A DNA stretch of 64,000 bases from Psammoneis japonica (taxonomy: Eukaryota): contig QPGO01000150.1 of assembly GCA_008632985.1 (NCBI GenBank), positions 62,001-126,000 on the forward strand, given 5' to 3'. Below, one piece after another: positions 26,036 to 39,195 of this stretch. The number at the start of each line of letters is the position of its first letter. Position 1 is the stretch's first letter. The notes beneath the pieces were generated by a model. That model was not told where the DNA came from and searched no databases. It worked only from the letters and a program-made list of their open reading frames with translations. A program made the translations under genes and the position numbers.

Positions 26036-26435
26036 AATGCGACCCGAACCCCAAGACAAAACACCCTTTCTGTTTCTTCCATTGATCTGGCAGTGTTGTT
26101 CAAACATTTATACAGAAAGGGGTATCGCATTCTTCGCATGACACTACTGCTTATCGCTCCTCCGCGTATCGGAGACTATGATTGGCTGTGAACCCGAACA
26201 CCAAGACAAAAGCAGCTCAAAACTCACAACATTTATTCAGAAAGTGGTATCGCGTTTTTGACATGATACCGATTGGAAATAATGAATAGCTCTGAACCCG
26301 AGCACCAGTTCGAGGAGACAACAGGATCTCTTAATTGTTCACAAACATTTATGGAGAAGGTGGTATCGCGTTTTTGACAGGTTACTTGTGTCCAAAGTTG
26401 GTTTGGAGATTATGATTGGCTGTGAACCCGAACAA
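26036..26435. repeat. Degenerate 100-150 bp tandem repeat, about 3.5 units
   Basis: ACCCGA.C.CCA recurs four times, AACATTTAT..AGAA.G.GGTATCGC three times and TATGATTGGCTGTGAACCCGAACA twice. Confidence 0.8.
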
Positions 26436-26639
26436 CAGATGGTGGAAGGCAAAACGAAAACGTCGCCTCTGTTAATTCTCCATAGAGAGACACTAAACAA
26501 AAGAGACCAAAGAGACATTTAATCACGATCAATTTCCGAACCCCACCAGTCGTCTCCTCCTCTTTTCCCTCTGGACACAAAACACAGAAAGAACAAAAGA
26601 CGAGTACAATGACCATTGCATAAGTTTCTAACAGATACT

Positions 26640-29459
26640 ATGCGTTTCGATACCTTGATTTTTACCTGCCTTGTGGTTTCTACATGGGCGAAAGGTAAGT
26701 TGGGGCGCGAGCTACTAGAACTATCACTCCGGTGCCAGCTTGTGGGCTGCAATCCGAGTGGCAAGGGTACCAACTCATGAACACTTGTCTCTTCTTTCTC
26801 TCTTTCTATTCGCATACGATACCATCTCCATTGACTCGTAATAGACGCCGATAGCCCTGATCCACGTGAAAAGGTGTGTGCTGGCAAAGCGACACTCTAC
26901 TTCTGTTTCGATTGTCTTTACGCTTTTGTTTTGGAATAAACTGACTAATCCGTGCGTTATTTTCTGCTCGTGCAGGACACTTCTCGCCACGACCATGGCA
27001 GCCTAGACGGCGCTGAAAAGGGATTTGACAATGCCGAGCTTGTTGAACGGGATCTACAAGCGCCCATACACAATTCCCCTATAATGCGTTGCAAAATGCG
27101 GGAGAAGAGAGCTGAACCACCCCCAAAGTGTACACGATATGCAAATATTGACAACGGGTCCTTTTCTCCGCTGGGATTAGACCTTGTCCTTTCTCAGGTC
27201 CCTCCAGGTCCTTATCCCATTGGTACAACTTCCGTTACTCTGACTGCTACGGATACAAATGGACGATCCAGCTCATGCATCAGAAGTGTGACGATCGTAC
27301 AGCCTTCGCATGGGAACTGCATCCAAAGCCAGCCACCTGTAATGGTTTGTGGTAACAGGCACAGAACCGCTGATGCATCTACGTGTACGGCGTGGGCATC
27401 GATCGATGACGGTTCCTATTCCCGTTCAGGTGGAAGCCTTCTGATTTCTCAGGAACCACCACCACCTTATGACGTTGGCAAGACGTTGGTGACTCTCACG
27501 GCGACAGATCGTAGCGGTCAAAAAGGCACTTGTACCAGAGAGGTCAACGTGGAAGAACCCTGGAAGGGTGCCTGCATTAGATCGCCATTTGTAAATCTGG
27601 CGTGTGATAATGGCGTCAACCAGGAAATGGATAATCCCACCTGCTCATCTGAATGTAAATTGCAACCCCGCAGGCCAGCCAGAGGGCAGGTGTACAAGCA
27701 CCACTTTTCTGTCGAGGAGGATTCCATTGTAGATGTTATCGCCCACGTTTCAAGCGCGTATCCTAACAGAAGGTTCAGACTTAAGATGGATGGCCGATAC
27801 ATTAGTGGATTCCTTGGAAGTCCGTCGAGGCGGAACGTGTTTCGCGAACGGAAGTCCCGAGATGGTGGGGTTTATGTACGAGGCGGGCAGACACATGCTC
27901 TTGAAGTGGAATTTCTTGATCGCGATATAAATCTGTGCTCTGTCCAAGTGAAACTCGACAGAACCATCGTCCCTTCTCGTGATACTCGTTGGACATATAT
28001 AGAAGCCGGGAGTTATCGAAGCTACCACAAAGAACGATCCTCAAGCTACCAGAAAGAACGATCCTCTAGTATTTCTTATGATTGCGATCGGGCTGGCTTG
28101 AACTTGTTGGACGTAGTAGGGCAGAATTGCAAGGTTACAGATACTGAGTCAGGTGATTGGCTTTCATACGGCCTCTTGGTAAAACAGAAGCAGAAGTATT
28201 CCATCTATGCCGACATTTACAGCATGAACCAGCAGGGAGCTCTCCGTCTGGAAGTAGATGGACGAGATGTCAGCAGAAGTGCTAGAGTCCCATACACTGG
28301 TCATTCGGAGATATCCCTCGTACAAGATCTGTTACTCGTTCCCGGGCGACACGAAATTACCGTCTTTTTCGAAACCGATGGTGTTGATCTAAAGTTGCTA
28401 AAGGTGTCCGGAGATCGTCGCAGGCCTTTTGATCTTGCGGCCTACATTCCTAGACGGATCCGAACATGCTTTGTCGGAGATAAGTGTCGTAGTTCAAACT
28501 GCGCTGGCCTATTCAGTGAAGACGGTGATATGGCCGTGTACTTCGATCCCGAAACGTTCATGTCTGTCAAGGCGAGCGAGGTGGATGACTACTATTACTA
28601 CGATAAGAGAACGTGCCTTACGTTGGTGCTTGACAATTCGGAGTACCAAAGTATAGTCCGCGAGCTGGAGCGTTTCGTGGAGAAAATCTCAAGGCAATCG
28701 AACGAGGAGCTAAACCTCAAACTCCATGTCATCCAGTTTAACGATTTGGATGTAGGATTGACCGGCAGGGACTCTGATTCTGAGGCGGGCCCCTCTGCAT
28801 TTTGGATTGACTCGTGGGACATGGAAGATGTTGTAGAAGAACGATTGAGTTATTTGAACTTAGTGCCCGATTTCAACATTGTCATCCAGCCGACACATGA
28901 CCCGGTGAAGCGTATGTACCATGAAACTTACTGGGCTTCTTCTGCAAACTATCCACCAGATATTGCCGGAGGAGGTTGGGGCTGGGTTCCTTATACATAC
29001 GATGACGGGCTTGCTGACACCTTTGATTTCAGCTTGTTTTGGCAAGTGAGAGGAGCTTACGAGGAACTTACTCATGTTTCGAACATCTACTCTGACGATG
29101 AAATGCCCCCATGTGGAGAACACGATTGGGACCCTTACAAATGGTTCCCTGACCCTAGTACCTCAGGATGTGAGGTTGATCCTGATTCCCCCACTTGTGG
29201 CAGTTCCTGCTACTCCGATGAAGAGACGACGTACTATCGCCATATACTTCATAGTCACTTCAATCCAGGAGAGGCATTTGTAGCCAACTCTTGTAAAAAT
29301 GGTGTGCAGGACTATGAAGAAAATGGTGTCGATGTTGGAGGACAATGCCCCGGTGGAGGGGGTAAACGCAGTAGCGTTCTACCGCGACCGGGCGAAAATC
29401 AAACTGAAACGGGGATGGAACGTCCCACCACGCATTTCAACAAGCGAAAGCTTCCGTAG
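26640..29459 (+). CDS. Secreted protein with two HYR-like and two CBM6/35-like modules (3 exons)
   Basis: Exons 26640-26694, 26845-26873 and 26976-29459 join in frame. Signal peptide MRFDTLIFTCLVVSTWA. PGPYPIGTTSVTLTATD repeats, GDWLSY motif and a terminal CKNGVQDYEENGVDVGGQC. Confidence 0.75.
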
Positions 29460-30607
29460 CCCGATCTCTTTGTCAAGTGACTGAGACCATATCTGTTTGC
29501 ATAAGTTCACTTCCAACGTATTACTTTCATGTTGACACTACAAGGGCCGTGCTCAGTGCTATGTCTCACCTGCTTTCAATGCATGCTTGCGTTTCTCCGC
29601 TCCCCATGTGCTTGACGGTATCCGGGACTGTTGTGCGGCTTTGATTTCCATGTTCATTAATTCTATTCTAAATTTGTTCAAGAAGATTGTGTGTTTTATT
29701 GCCTCATGGCGCATCCTTGACATCCTTGCACGTCCGGATTTCTGTTTGTTGGCACCCTTTTTGCAGTTGGGGTTTCCAGAGCGACATTGCGAATCGAGCA
29801 GCGAACGACAGAGTGCAAACTTGCAGTCTCAAAAAATCCCCAATAAATATGATTCGCACGTTTCGACGAACAAGTTTCGAACAAACACACCCTGTTGCTT
29901 CAAACGATCCGACGACAAAATGCTCACTCCTCATTTTTCATTCTTGAATTGCAAAAATATTTTCCAGCCTTCTCCCGCTCTTTCTATTTTCTTGGTGTGA
30001 GCAAATTCATTGGTGTTCAGTTTCTTTTCCACAATTCCATTTAACAATATCCGATTTAAACAACGTTTTCATTGCCGCCGGAATGACGCACCATCACCGT
30101 CTCGATTCTCCAATGTTTACAGGATCCAGCATGTGGCATGTGGTTTTTCCTTTGCCCAGAAAAGCAAGAACATCGCAGAAAGAAAGCATCGGCACTCCGG
30201 GCAGAACAACGCTGAATGGACCTAAAGATTCATCCACGCTGGGCTAGTAGGAACACGAACAGGAACAGTTATATTCATCCGATCCCCGCAGTGAGAAGCC
30301 GACGAGCAATGAGTCGAGTCAGCGCGCGACCGATGATTCAAAATCCAGAGCTCTGTGGTGGCGGATTTCAGCTGTTCTGTCGTGCCTCAAAGCACATTAC
30401 TTAATTAACGATAGTCAAAAAACGCAATAATTGAATTCTACCTTCCGCCATCCTCAACTCGCGTGCGACTGACCCACGACCCACGCCACGTACGCGACGG
30501 TGTTGATGCGTGACCTTCAATACCGCCGGCGCTGTTGTTTGTCGACCGCTGCTTCGAGGATCGGCAAGGGCGTTGGGCATTGCATATTGTCGCTGCTATA
30601 ATTCGCC

Positions 30608-32764
30608 ATGTTTTGTTTCTCCAAGTTGAGGAGACCCGTTGTATTGTTTTGTCTTTATGTTTGCTGTTGTTTTACGTCAGTCAAAGCGACACCTCGCGAT
30701 GTGACGAACGTCGACAAACAATCGACCGAATTGTCTTTCCGTGATATTTTCCGTGCTCCAGACTACTTGACTCGTCGATTACAGGACCCGCCACCGCAAC
30801 AAACACCGCTTCGTGTTTGTGGTGAGATCATTGGGACTTCTACTCGGGCAGAAATTAATGAGACACTTGCTCAAATCGGAGCCGGATTCTTTGCCCCCGT
30901 CAGCCCCGAGCTGCAAGCCTTGTTTCAGTCGTTGCATTCCGTCAAGTATGGAATTCAAGCACGCAAGATTTGTACATCTTGCCAAGAGATGGCCGAGTCA
31001 TGGGCTGGGTCTGACTTTGTTACGGATGATTCACCCAATGGCTTTGCCACGTATTGTGGGCCAGATGCGTTTGGATACAATGTCACAATTAGCGGCTTGC
31101 TCCTCGTTCCAATTGACGAAGAGACGGGAGAACTCGTAAAGGGGAGTCTCAAGGTATGAATGACTTTGGCGGAGGTTTTTATTTCACTTGTTTCATTCTC
31201 TGTGAGTCCGCTGAATCGCATAATCTGTTGTTTGTTCAACTCTATGCATAACAAAGACCACCATCTTTGGCCGAACAATTGGTCCCCAGCTACAACGCGT
31301 CTTGTCAGAACGATGGCCTCGAAACATGGCCGATTTGGGACTAAACAACCTAAGCGGACCTGATCTCTCCGCTGCATCTGGCAATCTTTATGATTTGGTT
31401 GCACCAATGGCGGCAGCAACCGCTGGAACAGTTGTTTTGGCTCCAGACAATCTCGGCTTTGGCGAAAGCTATAATGCAACAAAGAGGTAATGAAATGGAG
31501 GCTGAGATAATGGATGTTGAAGTGAAGCACGGCATCTAAACCTGTTGTTTTTCTGTCTTGTTCCTCCACGTTGACCAGTTGGCTCGTAAAGGCGACTCAC
31601 CAGGCATCCGGTTCAGCGTTGCGGTTATTTGCCATGAAATTGCTTGCGAGTGAAACCAGTCAATGCACCGTTTTATCAACAGGAGTCATTACCACGGGGT
31701 ATTCTGCCGGTGGTTATTCGTCCATTGCCGTGGCGTCCGCCATGCGTCAAATGGACAACGCGGATGTTCTAAGCGTATCCGTCGGTGGCGCTCCTACTCG
31801 TCTCAGCTCGGCACATTTAGTAGTGGCAGCAGGCAACATTGATACCGGATTAACGGATGTAGCGTCCCTTCATGGGCTGGTGTCATTGGCCTATTCCTAC
31901 TCATCTACCAATCCAGTCTTGGCCAATACCAATGTGGACGGCCAAAATTACCTTTCGGACGAGTACATCTCGAATGCTACCGAGTGGATCGAAAGCGGAC
32001 TCCGTGCTTCCACTATTGTTGATCTCTTGCCAGAAAATCCGCTTGACATTGTAAACCAAGGCTTGGTTCCGCTCGCCCTGGTGAGTACAGTATGGTCTTT
32101 TTTTTGTGCTTTGCGAATCTACGCCATTCAATCCAAGCTCTTGTCTTTTGCTCTCTCAGGATGCGTATGACAAGAACGAAACCGACATTTGCGTTGCTCA
32201 GATTGAAAACAATGGTACATACGCTACGCTGTGTCAGGTTTTGACCGATAATGACTTGACAGAGGAGCTGCATTCAGCAGATTATCCAGTCTCGTTTTGT
32301 CACAGTCCGGGTGCGTGAAGATGTCGTTGAGTTGTCGTTATGTAGGAAATGAATATCGCTTTGAATCGAATCTCACACATTTCATGCCTTGTGTGTTCGC
32401 GTTCTCTCTTTTTGTAGGGGACTTCTTGGTGCCAATCGAGAATCTACCAGACTTTGACTCCAACCCCGATTTCTTATCCGTATTTGACGCCATTCCAGGA
32501 TTCGCTCCGTCCGGAAATCACGCCGAGGCCGGTGGCTTGTGTTTGATTCCGCTTATTTATCCTTTTGCCAATCCAACCCTAACGGCAATTGAACCAGCTA
32601 CGGAATGTACCACTACTCCCCAACCGACGACGGAACCCAATAATGCTACACCTCCACCTTCATCTTCTCTACCTCCCTCTGGCGCGCCGTCTCTGTCCAA
32701 CTGGAAGCGCCATACCGTACTTGTTTCAGCAATCATTCCCTTGTTCCTAATGTCCGCACTGTGA
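30608..32764 (+). CDS. Secreted alpha/beta-hydrolase (lipase-like), multi-exon, possible GPI anchor
   Basis: Signal peptide, APDNLGFG, nucleophile elbow GYSAGG and FCHSP. Pro/Ser linker followed by a hydrophobic C-terminus. About four GT-AG introns. Confidence 0.75.
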
Positions 32765-32854
32765 GAAAATTGTGATGCTGAAAGCCGATCTCTGCATAAA
32801 TTTGGCTTTAGCATATTTTAAAATTGTTAAGGTACTAACTACATACATACATTA

Positions 32855-34724
32855 CTAGTTTTTAGATCGAATACACACATACAATTCTTCTCTCGGCTCC
32901 TCCTCATCAGCCACAAGACGTCCATCCAAGAATCGATTCTCATCTCCTTGTTTGGGCAGTGGAATGATCCAACTCGTATTGTCCAAAAATTGAATACGTC
33001 GGCTGTACACGGGCGGGTATTCCAACAATACGTCACGTCGTCCTCTCTCATAGGGACCAAAATGAAAATGAACTTGTTTTCGTTCTCTCCATTGTTGTAA
33101 ATATTGTGGATTCATCATTTGAAACGAATGATCCCTCATCTCATCATTGGTCACCACCAATGCTCCACACGTCAGCGCCGCATGAAACCAAAACCAATCG
33201 TCATTGGCACCATGAGGAGTCTTGTACAAGCAGCAATTATTAATATTCCACTTGGCCACAATGGGTTTGGCCCAATCCGGCATTAGATTGGAAGCAAAGT
33301 GTCGTTCATGCAATACCAACAAGACGCGTTTGCCTTGTTTTTGGAAATGCTGCACCACCCAATCGATTTTGTTATACTCGACATGTTTGGGTGCACCGGT
33401 AAAGTTTTGTTCATAATATCCAATATTGGCACCATCCAATACCACGTCCCATGGTTGTTGTTTTTGTTTAGAACAATACTCAACAAAGGCATTCCACTGT
33501 TGTTGTCGTGCATGCAATTCTTGCGATTTAAATCTCTTTTTTCGTCCCTTACCACCCCCTTGAAATTCCAATTCTTGATGGAGTTCGCCCCTTGTAACAA
33601 TGGTTTCATTCATTTGTACCAATGCCGCAATGCCCACGGGTGGCAATGGGACGGGCAAGAGTGTTGTTGTTCCGGCACAACAACCCGATTGCAAAGTACC
33701 CGTGGTGGTATCCATGCGACACGCATACGAAAGGGTCCAACCGTGTTGTGATGTAACGCGACCATTAGGAATCATCATGAGAGACGCGTCCTTGGCGGGT
33801 GGTAGTGTCAATTGAGACTCATTCGATTCTTCCTCATTTTCGCTACTACGAATGCTATGTTTGGATTCAAACCACTGAATCATGGATTGAATCGTCTTTT
33901 TGGAGGGTACCAACACGATATTGGCCAATTCTGCAACAACCCGTTGCACGACTTGAACATTTCCATGCAGAACAGCACACTCCAAGAGTGCTTGGTATTC
34001 CGCTTCGGTACATTCCATTTCGTCTTGTTGATGAATTTGATTCCACAAGTCCACAGCTTGTTGTAAATTTCCTTGGTGGGCGTGTGCCATCAACAAGGAC
34101 GAATACAAGCGCAATTTGGGTTTAATATTGGAAAGTGCTTGTTGAAGCAAGGCTTGTGCCTCGCGAATCTCGCCATTTTGAATATAGATACGAATCAGTG
34201 CCGTATAAATATTTTCCGACAGGGGCACTTGGTGTTGTTCCATGTGTTGCTGAATGGTAAAGGCAGCCTCCTTGCGTTCTTGTAAATCGTCGTTATCTGG
34301 AGGTGAGTCGTTGGTATTTACACTCGACTCGTCTTTTGTCTCTTTGTTATCCTCCTTCTTTGCATTATTGCTACTGTTTTTCTTTTTCACTTTTATTTTG
34401 GGCGTTCCAATGTGAATTTTTGGTTGCCGTTGACTACCACCCAGACCGGCACACAAGTGTACTAAATTGCAATACGTTTGTGTTTCAATTGCAATATTTT
34501 GTTCAAGAGCCTTTTGGTATACTTGATGATAGGCCATTCTCCAATCATTGTTGGAACAACATTTTTGAATTTCTCGTCGTACTCGTAACACGTCGGGATT
34601 TATATTTTTCGTTCCGAGTCTTTTCTTTTTCTTTTTTGTGGTGCTTGTGCAGCGGCGACAACAATTTCGTTGGGTGTGGGGCTGCATTCGTAGTCGAGGA
34701 TTCTTCCGCTTGGCGCTTTGTCAT
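32855..34724 (-). CDS. PRORP: Protein-only RNase P (PPR plus NYN nuclease)
   Basis: PPR-like repeats, then DVVLDGANIGY, NDDWFW, VVTNDEMRDH and WIIP. Basic N-terminal stretch. Start is either 34687, or 34724 with a frameshift. Confidence 0.9.
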
Positions 34725-35029
34725 GATTTTGGTCTTGTAGTGTATGGGCTTTGAATCGAGACGACGTCGTGGTTTGCTTGTTGATTGCAACAACAACAAC
34801 AAAATAACCTTTCTGAAAAATGAGAAAAAAATTCGTGGTTGCTGGCTGTTACTTGTCGGTTTTGTCATTTTGACTGACTAAAATGTTCTCAAAGGTGTCC
34901 GATCACACTGAAATGCGTCGTTGTTATGCGTGGCTGCGTTTGGGAAAATCGAAAACCTCGCAAACACTAACTGTGCTGTTGTAGCTGGACGTAGAGCAGG
35001 TCAGTTTCACTCTCCACAGTCTATCTGGC

Positions 35030-35598
35030 AGAGTAATGTCATGTAAAACAGCCAAAGCACCAAGTCATCAAAATGGGGGTGGCACAGCAGACAGCTGCGT
35101 GCGCACCGCACCTCCTTTGCGAGCACAGCATGATTTTGACAACAAGTCCAGCCAGTGGCAGCCAGTTTGGAAAAACTTTGGCCTTGTGCTTGTGCACATC
35201 AACAGTGCAACTCAATGAAAGAGAGAGCACATTGTCTTGTGCATGTGCATCACACACCACATCAGTGTGCTGTGCAAAAAAAAATCTGTTTTCGAAAGAT
35301 GGCGCTGTGCACAGCAAGTGCAAACTGGGAGTGCGCATGCACAACTGTCAGCCAAAGAGCCAAACCTGGACATGCTGCTGTGTGTTGCACTCTTTCTTTC
35401 TCTCTAGTTACCTCCACGCTGCTTGCCACTGTGCACCCAACAGGTTCAACCATTCCCACACATGCCAGCTTCCAGCCGTCACACATGCCGTGGCACACGA
35501 CATCTTGTGCGCTCAAACAGCAGCAAAGACCAAACATCTCTTACACTCTCCCCAACCAACCTCACTCACACACTCAACACTGAGCTTCTTTGCACCAT
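35030..35598 (-). pseudogene. Hypermutated duplicate of the SKP1 3' end and downstream region (source about 36990-37535)
   Basis: Shared anchors AGAGTAATGTCATGTAAAA, CTCTAGTTACC, TTCAACCATTCC and CAACACT[A/G]AGCTTCTT. Confidence 0.85.
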
Positions 35599-35699
35599 GG
35601 AAAAGACCCAGGTGTTGAAATTGCAGTTGCGCCCTGTTTGGTTGGCTCCAATGGACTCTGTCACATGGGTGGGGCAGAGTTCTGTGAGCAAGCGAGTCT

Positions 35700-36800
35700 G
35701 AAACGATTGACCAGTTCACTCCCCATGGGAGAACACCTGCTGGGACAAACTGTGTGACTCACAGGTCTCATTGGCCCAGAAACCCACCAAAGCAGATGTT
35801 TGACATGTCTGCGTGCTCCTCATTGATTTTTGATTCATGTCTCAACCAAGCCTTGGTGTGCAGAGTCATGAGCACATTGATCCATGGCGCCACCCCCTCT
35901 CAATGTCTTTTTCTTCAAATGTGTTCGGGTGTGGTGTTTTCCCTTTCTTGCTCAACAGCATTTGAGAAATTCAGTCAAGAGCTTGCAACCCCAGAGAAAT
36001 TCTTTCCAATTGAACATTTGAGGGAGATGAGCATCTGTGGGTTGTTTGCTGCCATGGGGAGCGCAGTTGTTTTTGACCTCAAGTTGAGGTCACACAGCGT
36101 GTTGGTGACCAGCTCATTCTGTGCAATGAAAGCCAAGTGAGCACCCTCATCCACAAAGGCCTTGCAAAGCACTCTGGCACAAACAAAATGTTCTTGACAT
36201 CGTTTGGCCTCTGGGTGAATTGTGTTTGTCAAGAAGGAGGGATTGAAGGAAGTTGCTTTTCTCATGCATTTGGCATCAGTGCCTGCATGAGAGCCCGAGC
36301 CCAACCAATCAACCCTGAAGTGCAGAGAGCAGGCTTTTCATGTGTGCAAAATGGTCATCATTTTGGGCAACACTGCCTGTCATGAGACCATGTGGAACAT
36401 TTGGCAGTTTCAGAAGGATCTGCATGAGGTGTTTTGCAGCAGCGGTCTTTCCCGTGGACGATGGAGTCCAGAAAACATGCGAGCAGCGAGAGGAAGCGCG
36501 CCCCCCAGCAAATTCCACAAAGAGCTTGAAATTGTGCTGAAGACCCAACAGGAGAGTCGTCCTTTTCACTGTTGCCTCTTTGAGGAATTTCTCATGCAAA
36601 CTGCTTCATGACGCAACAGTTCCTCCAAGAGTGCCAGCATCAGCCTCATGCAGAGAACAAGCTGCTGTGCAGTGTGAGATTGTGCCCAGGGGGTCTCTTC
36701 CAAGCCAGCAGGCATGGTGTTTTTTCCCAACAGTGAAAAACATACAAGGGCAGCAAGTGCAACAGTGCAACGTGCAACAATTTGTTGATGTGATTGCTGT
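35700..36800 (-). pseudogene. Decayed P-loop NTPase-like ORF in island 3
   Basis: Walker A-like HVFWTPSSTGKT. Fragmented reading frames with no Tyr. Confidence 0.45.
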
Positions 36801-37517
36801 TGCATTGTTGTGACGACTCTTTGTTGGGACGACTGCTCTCTGGGGACGTGTCTGGCAGCAGCTGCTGTTTGATAAATTCTGTCCGTCTGTGCGTCCGAGT
36901 GCCCTTCGACGTACAGTAGAGAGAGTACAGAGTAGGTTTGCTACTCTCTACTCTAGCTCGAACATGGAAGTAGTTTGCTAGCTCTAGAGTAGAGTAATGT
37001 CATGTAAAAGCGCCATAGCAACTCGTCAAGACGGATAGTATGGCAGTATAGTCAGTGACGTGCACACTTCCAATAAGATAGATTTCTGCGCTCCCTTTTT
37101 GGAAACAAGCACAAACAAATGAGCCTTTGGTGCTTGCGCATCAACAACTGTAGCAACCCCACAAAAGAGAGATAGCGCATTATCTTGCGGTATGCATCCA
37201 TAGCCAGCAGCGCACTATATAAAAGGAATACAATAGACTCTAGTACCGTAAGATGGGGTATTGTACACATACAAGCTAGATTGTACACAAGTAGGTAGTC
37301 GAACCAAAACTGGATCTACTAGTATATATTGTATTCTTTCTTTCTCTAGTTACCCTCCATGCTACTCGCCACCATATACTCCAATACTTTCAACCATTCC
37401 AACACGCCTACAAACCGTCGCATATACTGAAGCACACGTCTTGTGTGCGCGCAATAAAAAGCAGCAGAGACCAACTTCTTTCGTATCTTCCCCCCAAACT
37501 CACTCTCACACGCAACA

Positions 37518-38347
37518 CTAAGCTTCTTCACACCACTTGTTTTCTTCACGAACTTGAGCTTCCTCTTCGGGAGAAAAGTCATTGGCAATGTTAAAGGTCG
37601 TACGAATTTCTTCAGGAGTCTTGCCCTTGATCATGCTGGCCACCGTGGCACACGTCAAATCCAACAATGGCTTGATATCCATGTAATTGGCAGCCAAAAT
37701 GAGTTGAAACAAGACGGCTTGTTCAACATCCACAAAGTCGGCATACCACTTTTGAACGACATCCGCCATGACTTGAGACTTGAGGGTTTTTCAATTTCCG
37801 TCATTTGTTCCGTACGATAATGCTTGCAAAAGGCGATTACCTTTTCGAGAATGACAGACGTCACGTTGGGAAGAGGAATTTCCGTACTAGTGCGGTCCTC
37901 ATCCTCGTCATCGTCCTGTTCTTCTTCTGTATGGATAGAGAGAGGAGAGGAGAGGAGGAGAGTGAGTCAGTGCATGACTAAAGCAACACACGAATCAACA
38001 GAAACAACAACTACGCGGTACTGTACCCACCCTCCATCATGCCCTTGACGAGCTCCGACATTTTCGCAACATCCGGAGCAACCTCAAACTTGTCTCCCTC
38101 CTTGCTTACCTAATATGAATGTGAGTGGATATGGATAGGCAACAGAGCGCATATGTGTAAGAAGAAGATAATACTCTTGAGCGGCATTTTTTCGTCACGT
38201 AGAAATCTACGCAGTGTGTACCAGTGGTCCCGATCGATCGCGCCATGGATCCATACACCACTCAAACACACCGCCATCGTCCATACACATACACTCCAAT
38301 CATATAATAACACTTACGAGGTTCACGGTAGTCTCTTCCACATTCAT
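37518..38347 (-). CDS. SKP1: SKP1 (SCF ubiquitin ligase subunit), 3 exons
   Basis: [85 protein letters not shown]. One C is missing in a C-run near 37785 (EKPLKS). Confidence 0.97.
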
Positions 38348-38828
38348 GGTTGCTGGTGTTGTTGTTGTTGTCAGAGAGAGTTGGTCTGGATCTATTTGCC
38401 GCGGCAAGTGCTCGTTGTGATTGTGAAGACGCGAGTCAAAACTGAAAAAAAACAGAGAGAGTCGAGGAAAATCGAAACGTGGCATGTCCTACGTAAAGAG
38501 ATGTATGTAGAATGGTACATGCATTTGTACCGAATGTTATCTATAGTATTGTAGAAATTCAAACTAAATGCATGTATGGAATCTGAAGAAACATTCATTT
38601 CAGTACAAACCCCTGTACATTTCTACACAACTCTTTTTCCCGCGGTTTTTTGGCGCCGCCGAAAAAACGATCTCCAAGTAGTCATCACAACACGCAGCCA
38701 TCAACCATCGTGGATGATGACTTGAATCTTTTATTGTCCATCAACATAAAGTCTGTGCTAAACAGTTGCTGACACAACAACAACAACAACAATGGCAACA
38801 GCGGTGGCTTGAGTGTGGCAGCCAGCAC

Positions 38829-39195
38829 TGCACTGTGCTCGAAGAACGAGTGCAAACGAAAGTAGAACGAAGTTCGAAAAGTGAAAATTATGAGATTAAA
38901 TTTTGCTCTGTGATTTTTGGTTTCTCCGAATGAGTTCTCAATGGCCTAAAGCTTCTGTGCTGCTTCTGCAGACAAAAGGCCTTTCGGAGAATGCATTCGT
39001 GACAACAGATTGTCCGGATGCGATTGCCATTGACACGCAAGATGTCAACATCGTCAATCGATCGTATTTGCAATTCTCGACATCCAATCAACTCTGTGTG
39101 ATCGTTCTGTCCTTTGCACGCATCCACGACTGTGGTGCGATTGACACACAAACAACACACAATCACAAACATGCGCGCAACAGTCGCACACTGCA
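38829..39195 (-). repeat. 3' LTR of the gypsy element
   Basis: Ungapped direct repeat of 43187-43553, adjacent to the PPT. Confidence 0.95.
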
